Shown: positions 40,377 to 50,857, counted from the stretch's first letter. The stretch is DNA of 64,000 nt from Polyangiaceae bacterium (GCA_965222375.1 CBDCTZ010000014.1:864001-928000); one strand, 5' to 3'. Numbers and translations are program-made. The notes: generated by a model from the sequence alone, not told the origin.

Positions 40377-42050
40377 TCAGCGTACCGTGGCTTCGTGGAG
40401 GTTCAGAAGGAACGAGCGGCTCAGCCTGACGCCGCTAACGCGCTTACGAACGGCGGCATTCTGCTTGTAGCTGGCGACGAAGATCCACGGTGCGTCTTGG
40501 AAGACCAGAGCGTCCAGTTGTCGATACTTCTCTGCCCGCGCCGCTGGCTTCGCGCTGGCACGGGCCTGGTCCACCAACGTATCGACCTCGGGATTGGCGT
40601 ACCAGCCGGAGTTGAAGCCTTTCGGCGGATGGGCTGCGCTTCGCAGGGTCAGGGCCGGGAGCGTGTCCGGATCGTTGGTCATCCAAGCCATCGCGGCCAT
40701 ATGTACGTCCGAGCTCAGCCCCGCATTCACCGTGGCGAGGTAGGCGTTCCACTCCATGGTCGTGATCTCGACGTTGACTCCAACCTTGCGAAGATCGGCT
40801 TGCATGGCCGTCGCCATCAATTCGGGCTCGAGCATCCCCGAGCCTCCAGTTGGGACGAGCAGTTTCAGAGTCATTGGCAAAGCGACGCCCGCTTCGGCCA
40901 GTAGCTTGCGGGCGCGGGCCGGGTCGAAGGCATAAGGGCGCACGCCCGGGTTGCGGTGATCGCCGAAACCATCGGCGATAACGCTCGCAGCCGGCGTGGC
41001 GGTATCCTGTAAGACGTGGCGGACCAAGTGGTCCCGATTGATGGCGTGGTTCAATGCGCGGCGGACCCGCACGTCTCGCAGCTGCGGAGTGCGGAGGTTC
41101 AGAATCACGAACCAGAGGTGAGCGCCTTGGGTTTCGATCAGAGAAAACGCCGGGTCCAGGCGCAAGCGTGTCGCCGCATCCGTGGGTACTTCCAGCAGAA
41201 TGTCAGCGCCACCGGAATAGAGTTCCGTCAACGCGGTCATCGGATCCGCGATGAGGCGGAACACGATCTTCGAAGCCCCGCTCTTGCCCGCCCAATGCTG
41301 CCCCGCGCGCTCGAGCAGGATGGACCGACTTTTATTCCATTCCGATGCGGTGAAGGGTCCCGTGCCACCCCCGTGTTTGCCGAAACTCTTGCCGTGCTTC
41401 CGGACGGCGGTGGGGGAAACCATGTAGCCACTTGGGTAGGCCAGGTTGCTCAGCAGCGGAGCGAAGGGCTCGGAGAGATGCAGCCGCACTCGGTAGGGCG
41501 CCTCGACCTCCACCCGGGCGATCTTTTCGAAGAGGAACGCCAAGGGAAACGGGCCCGTGTGATGGTAGGGGTGGTCGGGGCGGAGCATGCGCTCGAAGTT
41601 GAACCGCACCGCGTCTGCGTTGAAGGCGCTGCCATCCGAAAATCGCGCGTCCTTTCGCAAGAAGAATGTGAGGCTCTTTGCGTCGCCGGATACCTCCCAG
41701 CGCTCGGCAAGAGAGGGGGCGAGCTTCAGGGTCCCGGGCGCGTGAGTCACGAGCCCTTCGTACATTTGGCTCAGGATTCGGAAATCGCTGGCGCTCGTGG
41801 TCACGTGCGGGTCAAGGGACTTGGCTTGTTCGGAGGTCACCACGACGACCGCGTCGGACGTGGACGCTGTGGCAGGCAGCCGCGCGGATAGCCCGGCGAG
41901 CACGAAGAGCGCGACTAGCACTCCGGCCAGCGCGTGAACGGGCGTCTTGACCACCACGCTGCTGACAAAAGCGAATGCGGCGGCGGGTGTCGAGCGCTCG
42001 CAGGCGATTTCCTTTCGGCGGCCCTTGATGCGCTGCAGGGACCGCTGCAA
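40377..42050 (-). CDS. Peptide ABC transporter substrate-binding protein (family 5); start probably ~41957
   Basis: LDPH, YEGLV, PSLAERWEVS.D, F.DGS.FNA..V.F, GTGPF, DVRVRRALN.AINR. Confidence 0.92.
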   Translation of the reverse strand: MQRSLQRIKGRRKEIACERSTPAAAFAFVSSVVVKTPVHALAGVLVALFVLAGLSARLPATASTSDAVVVVTSEQAKSLDPHVTTSASDFRILSQMYEGLVTHAPGTLKLAPSLAERWEVSGDAKSLTFFLRKDARFSDGSAFNADAVRFNFERMLRPDHPYHHTGPFPLAFLFEKIARVEVEAPYRVRLHLSEPFAPLLSNLAYPSGYMVSPTAVRKHGKSFGKHGGGTGPFTASEWNKSRSILLERAGQHWAGKSGASKIVFRLIADPMTALTELYSGGADILLEVPTDAATRLRLDPAFSLIETQGAHLWFVILNLRTPQLRDVRVRRALNHAINRDHLVRHVLQDTATPAASVIADGFGDHRNPGVRPYAFDPARARKLLAEAGVALPMTLKLLVPTGGSGMLEPELMATAMQADLRKVGVNVEITTMEWNAYLATVNAGLSSDVHMAAMAWMTNDPDTLPALTLRSAAHPPKGFNSGWYANPEVDTLVDQARASAKPAARAEKYRQLDALVFQDAPWIFVASYKQNAAVRKRVSGVRLSRSFLLNLHEATVR

Positions 42051-42061
42051 AGCGTCGAATC

Positions 42062-42736
42062 ATGCGACAAAAGCAGGAAGTGGAGCGCTTGCTGGTGCAA
42101 GACCCGGCGCTGAGGGCGCTTCGAGACAAGCTGGAGCCCACCCTGTCTACGGATCCGGGCCACGACTTGGCGCATGCCATTCGTGTCGCCGCTTGGACAT
42201 TGCGTCTCGGGGATTCGGACGTCGAGCCTCGCGAGGTCGTCGCTGCGGCGCTGCTACATGACTCCGTGAACTTGCCCAAAGACTCTCCCAGGCGAGCCGA
42301 GGCGAGCACCCTCTCAGCGGAGCTGGCGCGCCGCGAGCTAGCGAAGCTCGATTTTTCCTCGGAGGCCATCGAGCGCGTGGCCGAGGCAGTGCGCGACCAT
42401 AGCTACAGTCGAGGCGCTGTGCCCGAAGAAGCGCTTGGGCGAGCACTCCAAGACGCAGATCGCCTCGAGGCGCTGGGTGCCATCGGACTGATGCGCTGCG
42501 TGGCGGTAAATACCAAGATGCAGGGGCAGTTTTTCGATCCTGCTGACCCCTGGGCGCGGGATCGCCAACTGCAGGACCGACGCTACTTCGTCGACCACTT
42601 CTTCACCAAGCTGCTCCAACTCCCGGAGACCATGTGCACCAAAGCCGGGCGCGTCGAGGCTCGACGGCGCGCGGTGTTCCTACGTCAGTTCCTGGATCAG
42701 CTCGCGGGCGAGATTGGAGAGCCCCGCCCGGACTGA
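42062..42736 (+). CDS. HD-domain phosphohydrolase (YedJ-like)
   Basis: GHDLAH..RV, AALLHD, HSYS, LQDADRLEALGAIG, DHFFTKLL.L. Confidence 0.9.
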   Translation: MRQKQEVERLLVQDPALRALRDKLEPTLSTDPGHDLAHAIRVAAWTLRLGDSDVEPREVVAAALLHDSVNLPKDSPRRAEASTLSAELARRELAKLDFSSEAIERVAEAVRDHSYSRGAVPEEALGRALQDADRLEALGAIGLMRCVAVNTKMQGQFFDPADPWARDRQLQDRRYFVDHFFTKLLQLPETMCTKAGRVEARRRAVFLRQFLDQLAGEIGEPRPD

Positions 42737-42744
42737 TCGCTCAA

Positions 42745-44628
42745 CTACTGGGCTTCGTCGGGCCCCACGTCGTGAGCTGCGCCCTTCGGCCGCGCTTCGC
42801 CATCGATGTCCAGGGCTGGCGCATCCGTGGCGATGCCCTTGTCGATGGCGGGGGAGCCTGCCTGCAGATGGTAGGTGGCATCCACCAAGGGATCCGCGCT
42901 GAAGTTTCCGGAGACGGGCCCTAGCTGGGCGGCCAAGGCGTTTACATCCGCATCGGTCTTCTTGAGAGAGACGTTTTGACCATTCCAGAAGTGATACAGA
43001 GCATCGAGGGAGGTCGGCGTCGGCAAGAAGAACAAGTTGTTCTGAAGCGTCTCCGGGTGAGCCTGGCGCACGCTTGGGTTGGTAACCTTCACCTCGTACA
43101 CCCCGAAGCGTTGTCCCCCGGAACCCGCCGCCAAGATGTTGTTGATGATGCGGCCCACGGTTGCCACCTTGCCGCAGCAATCGCCGTGCTGCAGTGCGAT
43201 GGCCGCAGTGATGCCGGACCCGTTGCCGCCGCCGTCCAGGTAGTTGGAGTTCACAATGACCGTGCCTGTGGGTTGCTCGAACTCCCCCAAGAACAGGCCG
43301 ACACCGCGGCTGTGATTCGCGCCAAAAGACACGTTGTTGGTGATGATCGTCGTCGAGCTTTCGCTGCGAATGCCGCCGCACCAGTTCTTGCTCACGGCGC
43401 ACTTGGGTCGGGACGTCGCGTCGACGTTGATCTTGTTCGAATCAATCGTCGCAATGCCGCTGACGTTGATGCCCCAGGAGCTCCAGTCGAGGCCTTCCCC
43501 GCCCACGATGTCGTTGGCTGCGATGGTCGTGCCTTTGCCCGAGTCGTGGATCAACAAAGCGCTGGTGAACTTGCATTTCCCGCCGCGCACGCGGTTGTTG
43601 ATGATGTCAACGTAGACTTTGCCGGCGCCCTTGGGCGTGGTCGAGGTCAAAATGCCGGCGGACTCCGTGTTCGGGGCGTTGCCCGCAGTGATGTCGTTGT
43701 TTTCGATCAGCGCCCCCTGAAGACTGTTTGAAGGCGCAATGACTGCGATGCCGACTGCACGCCCGCCGGGCCAGAGCCCGCCCTGGGCATCCCCACCCTC
43801 GATGGTGTTGTTGACCAAAGTGGGCGTGCCACCGAGGACGGTGATACCTGCAGTGCCCGGGAATGTATTGCCGAAGTCGCCGTCCAGGCCAACCACTCGG
43901 AACCCATCCAGGCGCGTGGCGCGAGTAATCGTCGCGTCCACCGAAACGCCTTGCATGTCTTTGTTCACGATGGCGGAGTCGTAGGTCTTCGGGTCTCGAA
44001 GCCAACTGCACGGCTGTGCCGTACATGAAAAGCCGCCTACGAGACTGATACCTTCGACCAGAGTCACTTTCTCGTTGTACTTGCCCTCGGCAACGAAGAC
44101 AGCGATGGGACTGGGTGTGGTCTGCGCTGCCACGATGGCTTGAGCATTCTTGATGCCCTGAAGGATCGACTTGACCGGCTTGTCCTTGGTGCCCGGGTAG
44201 TTCGGATCGCCGTCCTTGCCGGTCAATTCCGACACGTAGGTACCCAGGCCGGTGCAACCATTGTCCACAGTGGTGTCGCAGTCGTTGTCCACCAGGTCGC
44301 CGCAAACTTCCGGATTGCCCGGAAAGGCGGTTGCGTCATTGTCGTCACAGTCGCCGTCGCAGTCGGTCGTGCCGTCGTTGTCGTTATCGGAGCACAGGAT
44401 CTCCGGGCCGGAATCCATGCCCGCGCTTCCTGCGGCGCCCGCGCCGGCGTCCTGGCCGCCGGCTCCACTCTGCCCGCCGCTGCCGGAAGTGCCGCCTTGG
44501 CCGGCGGAGGCCTCGACCCCCGCGTCCTTCTTAGTAGAGCTGAAGGTACTGTCCTCCCCGGAGCAGCCAATGAAACTAGCTGCACCCAGTGCCAATGCGC
44601 TCGCCGAGAGCCCGATCACTCGCCGCAT
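42745..44628 (-). CDS. Lipoprotein with a Cys/Asp metal-binding (MopE-like) repeat, beta-helix region and choice-of-anchor-Q-like C-terminus
   Basis: FIGC lipobox; DCDDND...PG.PEVC.D.VDNDCD; TYVS...G..G.PGT...P; YHLQAGSPAIDKG...DIDG..RP.G...DVG. Confidence 0.75.
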   Translation of the reverse strand: MRRVIGLSASALALGAASFIGCSGEDSTFSSTKKDAGVEASAGQGGTSGSGGQSGAGGQDAGAGAAGSAGMDSGPEILCSDNDNDGTTDCDGDCDDNDATAFPGNPEVCGDLVDNDCDTTVDNGCTGLGTYVSELTGKDGDPNYPGTKDKPVKSILQGIKNAQAIVAAQTTPSPIAVFVAEGKYNEKVTLVEGISLVGGFSCTAQPCSWLRDPKTYDSAIVNKDMQGVSVDATITRATRLDGFRVVGLDGDFGNTFPGTAGITVLGGTPTLVNNTIEGGDAQGGLWPGGRAVGIAVIAPSNSLQGALIENNDITAGNAPNTESAGILTSTTPKGAGKVYVDIINNRVRGGKCKFTSALLIHDSGKGTTIAANDIVGGEGLDWSSWGINVSGIATIDSNKINVDATSRPKCAVSKNWCGGIRSESSTTIITNNVSFGANHSRGVGLFLGEFEQPTGTVIVNSNYLDGGGNGSGITAAIALQHGDCCGKVATVGRIINNILAAGSGGQRFGVYEVKVTNPSVRQAHPETLQNNLFFLPTPTSLDALYHFWNGQNVSLKKTDADVNALAAQLGPVSGNFSADPLVDATYHLQAGSPAIDKGIATDAPALDIDGEARPKGAAHDVGPDEAQ

Positions 44629-44786
44629 GATCCTACCTCCTAAGTAAGTGCGGGCCCCGCCCACGAAGCCCACCCACATCCCAGTATACGCCCCGGCGTG
44701 GGTTCACTCCAGCGAGCGTCGTCACAACACTTGTCGCACATGGTGCGCATGTCTTCGCGCACCACGCTTGTGCTACGCTGTCGCAC

Positions 44787-45392
44787 ATGGTGCGCATCGC
44801 GCAGTTCGCGTGTTTTTTCTCCGTACTTTGTTCGCTCGTCGTCGCTTGTGGCGGCGAGGACTTTACGAGCGGCTCCGGGGGCGCACCGGGAACCGGGGCT
44901 ACGAGTGGCGGTGGTGCGGTCGGGAGCGGCGGCGGAGGCGGCAGTGCGGGCGGTCCAATCACCGGCACCTGCCCGGCAGCGCCCAGTGCGGGTCTGAGCT
45001 GTACCAGCGAAGACCTTATTTGCACCTACGGCACGGAGCCACGGCCCTGTCAGCGCGCGATCTGGAAGTGTACTGGGGGCGCCTTCGCCCAGATGAACCT
45101 GCCATGTGCTGCGGCCCTCAAGTGCCCATCGGACGTCGAGTCCGGCGACTCCTGCTCGGTCGCGAAGGTCTGCCCGGCGTGGGGCGAGCTGTGCGGCTGC
45201 GACATTCAATTGTCTCAATGGGCCTGCGTGGGCCCCGGCGCAGGATGTCTTCCGGTCGTGCCAAACGCCGGCACGTCGTGTCTAACCGATGGCCAGGAGT
45301 GCATCTATGGGGAGTGCAAGGTCACCGATGACGACGAGGTGCGGGCGAAGTGCGAAAAGGGCGTTTGGACCTGGCAACGCAAGCAGTGTTGA
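44787..45392 (+). CDS. Cys-rich lipoprotein
   Basis: VVAC lipobox, Gly linker, repeated CP..P..G..C...G..C.Y modules. Confidence 0.7.
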   Translation: MVRIAQFACFFSVLCSLVVACGGEDFTSGSGGAPGTGATSGGGAVGSGGGGGSAGGPITGTCPAAPSAGLSCTSEDLICTYGTEPRPCQRAIWKCTGGAFAQMNLPCAAALKCPSDVESGDSCSVAKVCPAWGELCGCDIQLSQWACVGPGAGCLPVVPNAGTSCLTDGQECIYGECKVTDDDEVRAKCEKGVWTWQRKQC

Positions 45393-45460
45393 TTGGCGAA
45401 GTCTGCGTCGCGCCGAGGCTGGCTCTAGGCTGACTAGGGAGACACAAACCTCCCCAAACC

Positions 45461-45493
45461 AAACAAAAAAGAGGCCGCTCCGATGACGGGCCT
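45461..45493 (-). terminator. Possible intrinsic terminator
   Basis: Minus strand AGGCC...GGCCT stem followed by CTTTTTTGTTT, just after the stop of 45498-46211. Confidence 0.45.
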
Positions 45494-45497
45494 GGTG

Positions 45498-46211
45498 CTA
45501 GCTAAGCCGGATGTTGCGCAGCATGCCTTCACCATCCGTGCACAGCCACAGCTCTCCGTCGCTCGCTACGCAGAGCCCCTCGGGCACGTCGTGCTTCGAA
45601 GAAGCGACGGAGTGCAGCGCCTCGGTTTCGAGTTTGTCGTTACGGATGGCGAGGGTGGCGATGCACCCTGCTCGGCCTCCGACGAGATACAGGCGCTCCC
45701 CGTCGGCACTGACCGCGAGGTCGTTCAATTCGGACAGGGCGCGGCGCGCATCTTTGGGCAACTTGGCGATCAGGCGCGGCTCGAGGGTCTCGGCGTCGAA
45801 GAAGCCCACGCTGGCGGGCTTGCGCTGGTGCGCTGCCACAATCTCGCCTTCACGACAGGCGATCCCCTCCCAGCCTTGGTTTTTCTTGTTGTTGAGTCGC
45901 GGCAAGGTGCCAAGGCGCTGTCCGTCTTTTAGGTCCCCGCTATCCAGCGAGAAACGCCAGACGCTGCCATCGCGCTCGGCCAGCACGAAAACCGTGCGTC
46001 CGTCGGCGCTGGCGCAAATCCCTTCCAGATCCGCCATGCCCTTGCCTGCTTCCAAGGGTGCGGGTGAGGACCCCAGCTGGCAGCGAAAGATGCCGTGCTC
46101 GTCATCGACCACCAGAAAAGTCTCGTCGCTGATTTCGACGAGACCACTGGCCTCTTGCACACCGAGTGCAGACTCGCTGACGACTGTTGCCCGCGGGATC
46201 TTCTTGGCCAT
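45498..46211 (-). CDS. SdiA-regulated/YjiK-like beta-propeller protein
   Basis: EASGL, DLEGI, NQGWEGIA, PEGLCV..DG.LW..D blade motifs. Confidence 0.72.
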   Translation of the reverse strand: MAKKIPRATVVSESALGVQEASGLVEISDETFLVVDDEHGIFRCQLGSSPAPLEAGKGMADLEGICASADGRTVFVLAERDGSVWRFSLDSGDLKDGQRLGTLPRLNNKKNQGWEGIACREGEIVAAHQRKPASVGFFDAETLEPRLIAKLPKDARRALSELNDLAVSADGERLYLVGGRAGCIATLAIRNDKLETEALHSVASSKHDVPEGLCVASDGELWLCTDGEGMLRNIRLS

Positions 46212-46226
46212 GTGCGCTTCAGCCCA

Positions 46227-47771
46227 TCAATTGTGCAGGACGAACGAGGTCGCGGGCTCCTTTGATGGTCGCCAGCGGACCCCATGCCAACCAGCTGGAA
46301 CTCGCGGTTCGGTCCACTCGTAGAGCCACTTGCCGTCGATGGGGGAGACGTTGACGCAGCCGGCGCTCTTCTTGCTGCCCCAGTCATCGTGCCAATAGGC
46401 GCCATGCAACGCGTGGGGGCCGCTGAAATTCTGGGTCCAGGGCACATCGGTATGGATGAACTCGTCGGGTGCCACCATGGTTGCGGTCGCGAACTTGCCG
46501 GTGATCTTGAAGGTCCCCGTCGGAGTCGATGCGGTCTCCAGGGGGTCCTTGCCCGGGACCGGTGTGCCACCTCGGCCCGGTGAGATCAGGGTGGCGTATA
46601 CCGCCTTGGTTCCTTCGTAGGCGATCATCCAGCCGCCCCAGATGCTTGCCTGGAGCCAAGTGCGGTGGCCCTTGGGAGCGTTGTCGTTGTCCGGGCCCCC
46701 AAGCGCTGCGCCCCAAGGCGTCGCTTCTTGCGGCTTGGGCACGACGCCGTCCTTGGACAAGAGCCAGAACTTGCCGTCTCGAGTTTGCAGGTAGGTGTCT
46801 CCGTCCTGCTTCATCTCTTTGCCGGATAGCTCGACCCAGGAAAGCCGGGGGAAGACCGAGTTGGTCTTTTTCAACTGCTCGCCCTCGAGCTCGTAGCGCG
46901 GGCGGTCTTTGCCACGGAAAAACGCGAGGGGCAGCTTGGCGTCCTTTCCGAGCTTCACGCCGCGGAATTTCACCTTGGGATAGGGAACGACGCGATCCTT
47001 GGGGACCCACATCAGATCCCCCATCAACAAGAAGTCGCGATCCGCATGGCGCTGCTGCGCCGTCCACGTCACCGTCGACATCGGCAACAGCCGCTTGCGA
47101 GGTTCGTGCACGGTGCTCGGCAGCTTGCCCAATACGATCGGCGTCGTGGGCGCTGGATCCAAGCTGACACCTTTGAGGGAGTCGTGGAGCTTGTCCCCCG
47201 AACGCGCGGCAGCGACCCGGGCGGTGTGGTCAGGCAGATCCCATTCACGCTTTCGCTGGGCTTGTGGAGAAGGCAACGACTTGTAGCGCTGAGCTCCTCG
47301 GGACTCGCCGTATTCGTGGGGCCAAGGCGTGTCCAGGCGTGGGCCGTATTTCTGCACGACCTTCACTGCCGGGTCGTTGGGATCCGTCGTGGCGCGTACG
47401 CCGTCAGCGCACACCCAGCCCCTAGGCTCGACAGCGACCCACTTGGTGCAATTGCCGGCGGCCACGCTGTCGGGCTTGCGCAACTTCGCGCTGCCTCCCA
47501 GCCACAGGTACCCAATCCAGCCCTTGGCGCCAGGTTGAGCGTGCACCCACACAAATCGACTCTTGGCGTAGACCCGAGGTTCCTGCGGCGCCGGAGGTTT
47601 CGCTGCTGGGTCACTCTTCACTTTGTCTTTGGCCGCGGGTTGAGCGGCCTTCGTCGACGCGGCGGGCTTGGCTGACGTGGTCGGCTTGGCTTGTCCCGCA
47701 TCGGGCTCACGACTAGCGCAGGCCGCAAGGCCGATCCCCAACAGGGTCAGAGCAGACACAGGCGCGCGCAC
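46227..47771 (-). CDS. L,D-transpeptidase (YkuD domain) lipoprotein
   Basis: LAAC lipobox; TPTGTF, VPW, ALHGAYWH...SAGCVN catalytic motif. Confidence 0.9.
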   Translation of the reverse strand: MRAPVSALTLLGIGLAACASREPDAGQAKPTTSAKPAASTKAAQPAAKDKVKSDPAAKPPAPQEPRVYAKSRFVWVHAQPGAKGWIGYLWLGGSAKLRKPDSVAAGNCTKWVAVEPRGWVCADGVRATTDPNDPAVKVVQKYGPRLDTPWPHEYGESRGAQRYKSLPSPQAQRKREWDLPDHTARVAAARSGDKLHDSLKGVSLDPAPTTPIVLGKLPSTVHEPRKRLLPMSTVTWTAQQRHADRDFLLMGDLMWVPKDRVVPYPKVKFRGVKLGKDAKLPLAFFRGKDRPRYELEGEQLKKTNSVFPRLSWVELSGKEMKQDGDTYLQTRDGKFWLLSKDGVVPKPQEATPWGAALGGPDNDNAPKGHRTWLQASIWGGWMIAYEGTKAVYATLISPGRGGTPVPGKDPLETASTPTGTFKITGKFATATMVAPDEFIHTDVPWTQNFSGPHALHGAYWHDDWGSKKSAGCVNVSPIDGKWLYEWTEPRVPAGWHGVRWRPSKEPATSFVLHN

Positions 47772-47865
47772 CCAAAAGCCTTAACGCGGCCGGCGGCCTG
47801 CTGCCAACTCGGTGGCGCCGAACGCGCGTATTCGCGCCACCCGCGCTGACTGCTAGGCTGCCGGC

Positions 47866-48570
47866 GTGGAGGCGCTGGTCAACGAGCCCCGAAGCGCGGC
47901 GGAACTGCTCGCTCGCGCCGAGACTCTCGCGGGTCGGACCCTGGGTGCACTGGCCCAAGAGCATGCCATCGCTCTGCCGCCGGATTTGCGCCGCCACAAG
48001 GGCTTCGTGGGCGAGATGATCGAGCGGCTGCTGGGCGCCACGGCCGGCTCTCGTGCCGAGCCGGACTTTGCGGGCTTGGGTATCGAGCTCAAGACGCTGC
48101 CCATTGGCGCGTCGGGGCGGCCCTGTGAGTCGACCTTCGTCTGCACGATTCCGCCTGGAGAAATCGGTGACGTGGAGTGGGAAGTGTCGCGGGTGCGACG
48201 CAAGCTACTGCGGGTGCTGTGGATCCCCGTGGAAGGTGCGCGAGAGGTGCCGCTCGCGTCTCGGCACGTGGGCAGCCCCCTGCTGTGGAGCCCAAGCCCC
48301 CAAGATGAAGCCGATCTGCGCTTCGACTGGGAAGAGCTCGCGGGCTTGATCGGGCGGGGCGAGCACGAGTCCATCACGGGCCATCTGGGCAAGTGGCTGC
48401 AGGTGCGGCCGAAAGCGGCCAACAGCAGCGCCCGGCGCCGAGCCTTCGACGCCGAAGGCGGCATCATTGATGCGCTGCCCCGGGGCTTCTACCTGCGAGC
48501 CCAGTTCACGGCTCGGATCGTGGACGCGGCGTACGTCACGCCGCCGGCGCCACCTAGCCGCGAGGCGTGA
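47866..48570 (+). CDS. mutH: DNA mismatch repair endonuclease MutH-like
   Basis: KGFVG..IE..LGATAGS..EPDF..LGIELKTLP, ESTFVC, LLWSPS, DWEEL, LQVRPKAAN, PRGFYLR. Confidence 0.9.
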   Translation: MEALVNEPRSAAELLARAETLAGRTLGALAQEHAIALPPDLRRHKGFVGEMIERLLGATAGSRAEPDFAGLGIELKTLPIGASGRPCESTFVCTIPPGEIGDVEWEVSRVRRKLLRVLWIPVEGAREVPLASRHVGSPLLWSPSPQDEADLRFDWEELAGLIGRGEHESITGHLGKWLQVRPKAANSSARRRAFDAEGGIIDALPRGFYLRAQFTARIVDAAYVTPPAPPSREA

Positions 48571-48952
48571 CCCGCTCGAGCAGCAGGCGGCACACGTCGG
48601 TCAGCGTGAGCACGCCGCTCAGGGCATCGTTTTCGGTGATGACGGCGCTGCTGATGTGGCGCTCAATCAGGTTCTCGAGCACTTCGTTCAGTGGCGTGTC
48701 GTGCGCCACGACGTAAGCCGGCATGTGGCAGACTTCGCGCACCATCACCGGCGGCGCTTCGCCTTCGGAAAGCGCGCCGGCCACCTGAATGTCCCGGTCC
48801 GTCAACACGCCGACAATCTTGTGGTCCTTCATGACGGGCAAATGCCGAATGTCGTGCTCGTCCATCAGCACCCGTGCGGCGACGACATCCGCCGAGATGT
48901 CGATGGAGTGGGGGAACGGGGTCATGACTTTGCCGACGGGGGGAGTACGCAT
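48554..48952 (-). CDS. CBS-domain pair protein
   Basis: VMTP...IRHLPV...VGVLTDRDI; second CBS ...GVLT.TD. Confidence 0.88.
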   Translation of the reverse strand: MRTPPVGKVMTPFPHSIDISADVVAARVLMDEHDIRHLPVMKDHKIVGVLTDRDIQVAGALSEGEAPPVMVREVCHMPAYVVAHDTPLNEVLENLIERHISSAVITENDALSGVLTLTDVCRLLLERVTPRG

Positions 48953-49038
48953 GAAAACCTCGCCCCCCGCATAGCATTTCTCGAGGTAGCGCGTCTCGGC
49001 CCGGCGGCGCCGGTCGTGCGGGCGCTCTGCCCAGCCCG

Positions 49039-49878
49039 TCAGGGCCGCGTCAGGTTCCGCTTGCCCCGGTTGGGTGCCGGCCCGGCCGAGTCGGACTTCA
49101 GCGGAGCGATGCCCCAGTGGAAGTGGTCGTGATGGTCGGCGTTGTAATCCGGGGTGAGCATCTCTTTGAAGCGCTTGGTGCGCTTCAGCTCGCACGCCAA
49201 TCGGTTGAGCACTGGCGCGGTAGGAGCGCAGCCGTTCGTCAGGCCCCGGCTGAAGCTCGTCTTGACCTCGTGCCACTTGCCATTGGCTTTGGCTGCGTGC
49301 ACGTCCACGGCCAAGCCATAGGCGTGCAGACTGAGTCGCCCAACCCGGCTTCTACGGTACACGTACGCACCCGAGAAGCGCAGCGCCGTGATCGAAAGCG
49401 CGCTGAGGATCGGTGCGGTCTCTGCCAAGGTCACGGCCATGCGGCAGTCCAGCTCCAAGGGCAGGCCGGCGCCGGCGACGTATCGGACTCCGCCGATGGC
49501 ACCGCTGACGACGACGGGGGTTTGAACACCTTTGCGTGCATCGAGACGTGAAAAGGACACGCCGAGCTGCTGCAGCCGAGACAGGCATGCGTCTCCGGGT
49601 GGCGGCTGGAGCGAAGACACGGCCGGGACCGGAGAGCTCGGTGGCGGTGACGTCGGCGGGGTGGGGCTGGCGGCAACGCTGAAGGTTGCCGGCGCGACCT
49701 TGGCGGGGCTGTTCGTCGGTCCGCTGGTGATCGCTCCGGGGCCGTTCGCCTGAGCGACTTGCGGTGGCCAGGCGTAGCCCTCGGCGTGGACGCCAACTCG
49801 CGGCGGAGTTTCCGCGGGTACGGGTTCGCGAATACAACCCACCGCCGCCAAGGGCAGCACTAGAAGGAGACTGCGCAT
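49039..49878 (-). CDS. Extensin-like C-terminal domain lipoprotein
   Basis: AVGC lipobox, Pro-rich linker, C..L..LGV.F, SLHAYGLAVD, LTPDYNADHHDHFH. Confidence 0.8.
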   Translation of the reverse strand: MRSLLLVLPLAAVGCIREPVPAETPPRVGVHAEGYAWPPQVAQANGPGAITSGPTNSPAKVAPATFSVAASPTPPTSPPPSSPVPAVSSLQPPPGDACLSRLQQLGVSFSRLDARKGVQTPVVVSGAIGGVRYVAGAGLPLELDCRMAVTLAETAPILSALSITALRFSGAYVYRRSRVGRLSLHAYGLAVDVHAAKANGKWHEVKTSFSRGLTNGCAPTAPVLNRLACELKRTKRFKEMLTPDYNADHHDHFHWGIAPLKSDSAGPAPNRGKRNLTRP

Positions 49879-49932
49879 GTAGGTTTTTGTCCCACATCTG
49901 GCAAATCTGGCCAAAATACAGGCGAAACCGGG

Positions 49933-50853
49933 GTGTGCGTCACGCCCGTCGGGGTCTACATTATTGAAGTGCGCCCCAGACCTCGCCCCCGGCCGGCTGC
50001 TTTGCGCTCGGTGAGGCCGGGCTTCATGGCGGTCACGGTACTCAGCGCGTTGCTGGTGACGCCCGCGATCGGTTGGCTGGCGGAGAACCTGGTGGATGAA
50101 CGAGCCGCCCAGGCGGCCGAGTTCGAGGCCGTGCAAGAGCGCGTCCGAGAGGATCTGGCGAAGCTGGGCATGGTGGAGTCCACGGCGCCGGCGGCCAGCC
50201 GCGTTTCGTCCAGTGGCGTCGCTCTGCTGAGCGCCCAAAGGCCCTTTTCCCTTTCGCTAGCGAATGGCGTGCTCGCGGGAAAGCCAGCGCCTCAGGCGCA
50301 AGAGCAACGCGTCGCTCAGATCGTCGCTGAGGAACTGGCTCGCTACCCCTCGGGTTTTCTTGCCGAACACCGATTGCTGCGGGTTGTTTTGGTTGGGGAT
50401 CTTACGGAGGCGGGGCTCCCAATTCCGTCGCTGCCCAACCTGGAGCAGAGCCTGGTCCTCGATGTCGACGGGCCGGAGCCGTTCTTGCGCCGACTGATTC
50501 ACCACGAGGTCTATCACTTCGTGGACTATGCCGTGGACGACCAGGTGAAGCGGGATCCCGCGTGGCAGGCGTTGAATGACCGCTACTTCGTGTACGGCTC
50601 GGGTGGGCGCTTCGTGCGACACGGCAGCGCGTCGCGTTTTGGCAGCGGCGGGAAGGGCTTCGTCACCGAATACGCGCGCAGCGGCCTGGAGGAAGACAAA
50701 GCCGAGACCTACGCCTTCTTGCTCACCGCACCTGGCAAGATGCGACGGCGCATGGCGGCAGACGCGACGTTGGAGAAGAAAGGCCGCGCTCTGATCGCCA
50801 GCCTGGAGCGACGGGACCCGCGCACTCGCTCGCTATTCGGCGAGCGGCGCTGA
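49933..50853 (+). CDS. Putative zinc-binding metallopeptidase (HExxH), membrane-anchored; start uncertain
   Basis: IHHEVYH..D, GFVTEYA.S..EED.AE. Confidence 0.72.
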   Translation: MCVTPVGVYIIEVRPRPRPRPAALRSVRPGFMAVTVLSALLVTPAIGWLAENLVDERAAQAAEFEAVQERVREDLAKLGMVESTAPAASRVSSSGVALLSAQRPFSLSLANGVLAGKPAPQAQEQRVAQIVAEELARYPSGFLAEHRLLRVVLVGDLTEAGLPIPSLPNLEQSLVLDVDGPEPFLRRLIHHEVYHFVDYAVDDQVKRDPAWQALNDRYFVYGSGGRFVRHGSASRFGSGGKGFVTEYARSGLEEDKAETYAFLLTAPGKMRRRMAADATLEKKGRALIASLERRDPRTRSLFGERR

Positions 50854-50857
50854 GAAG

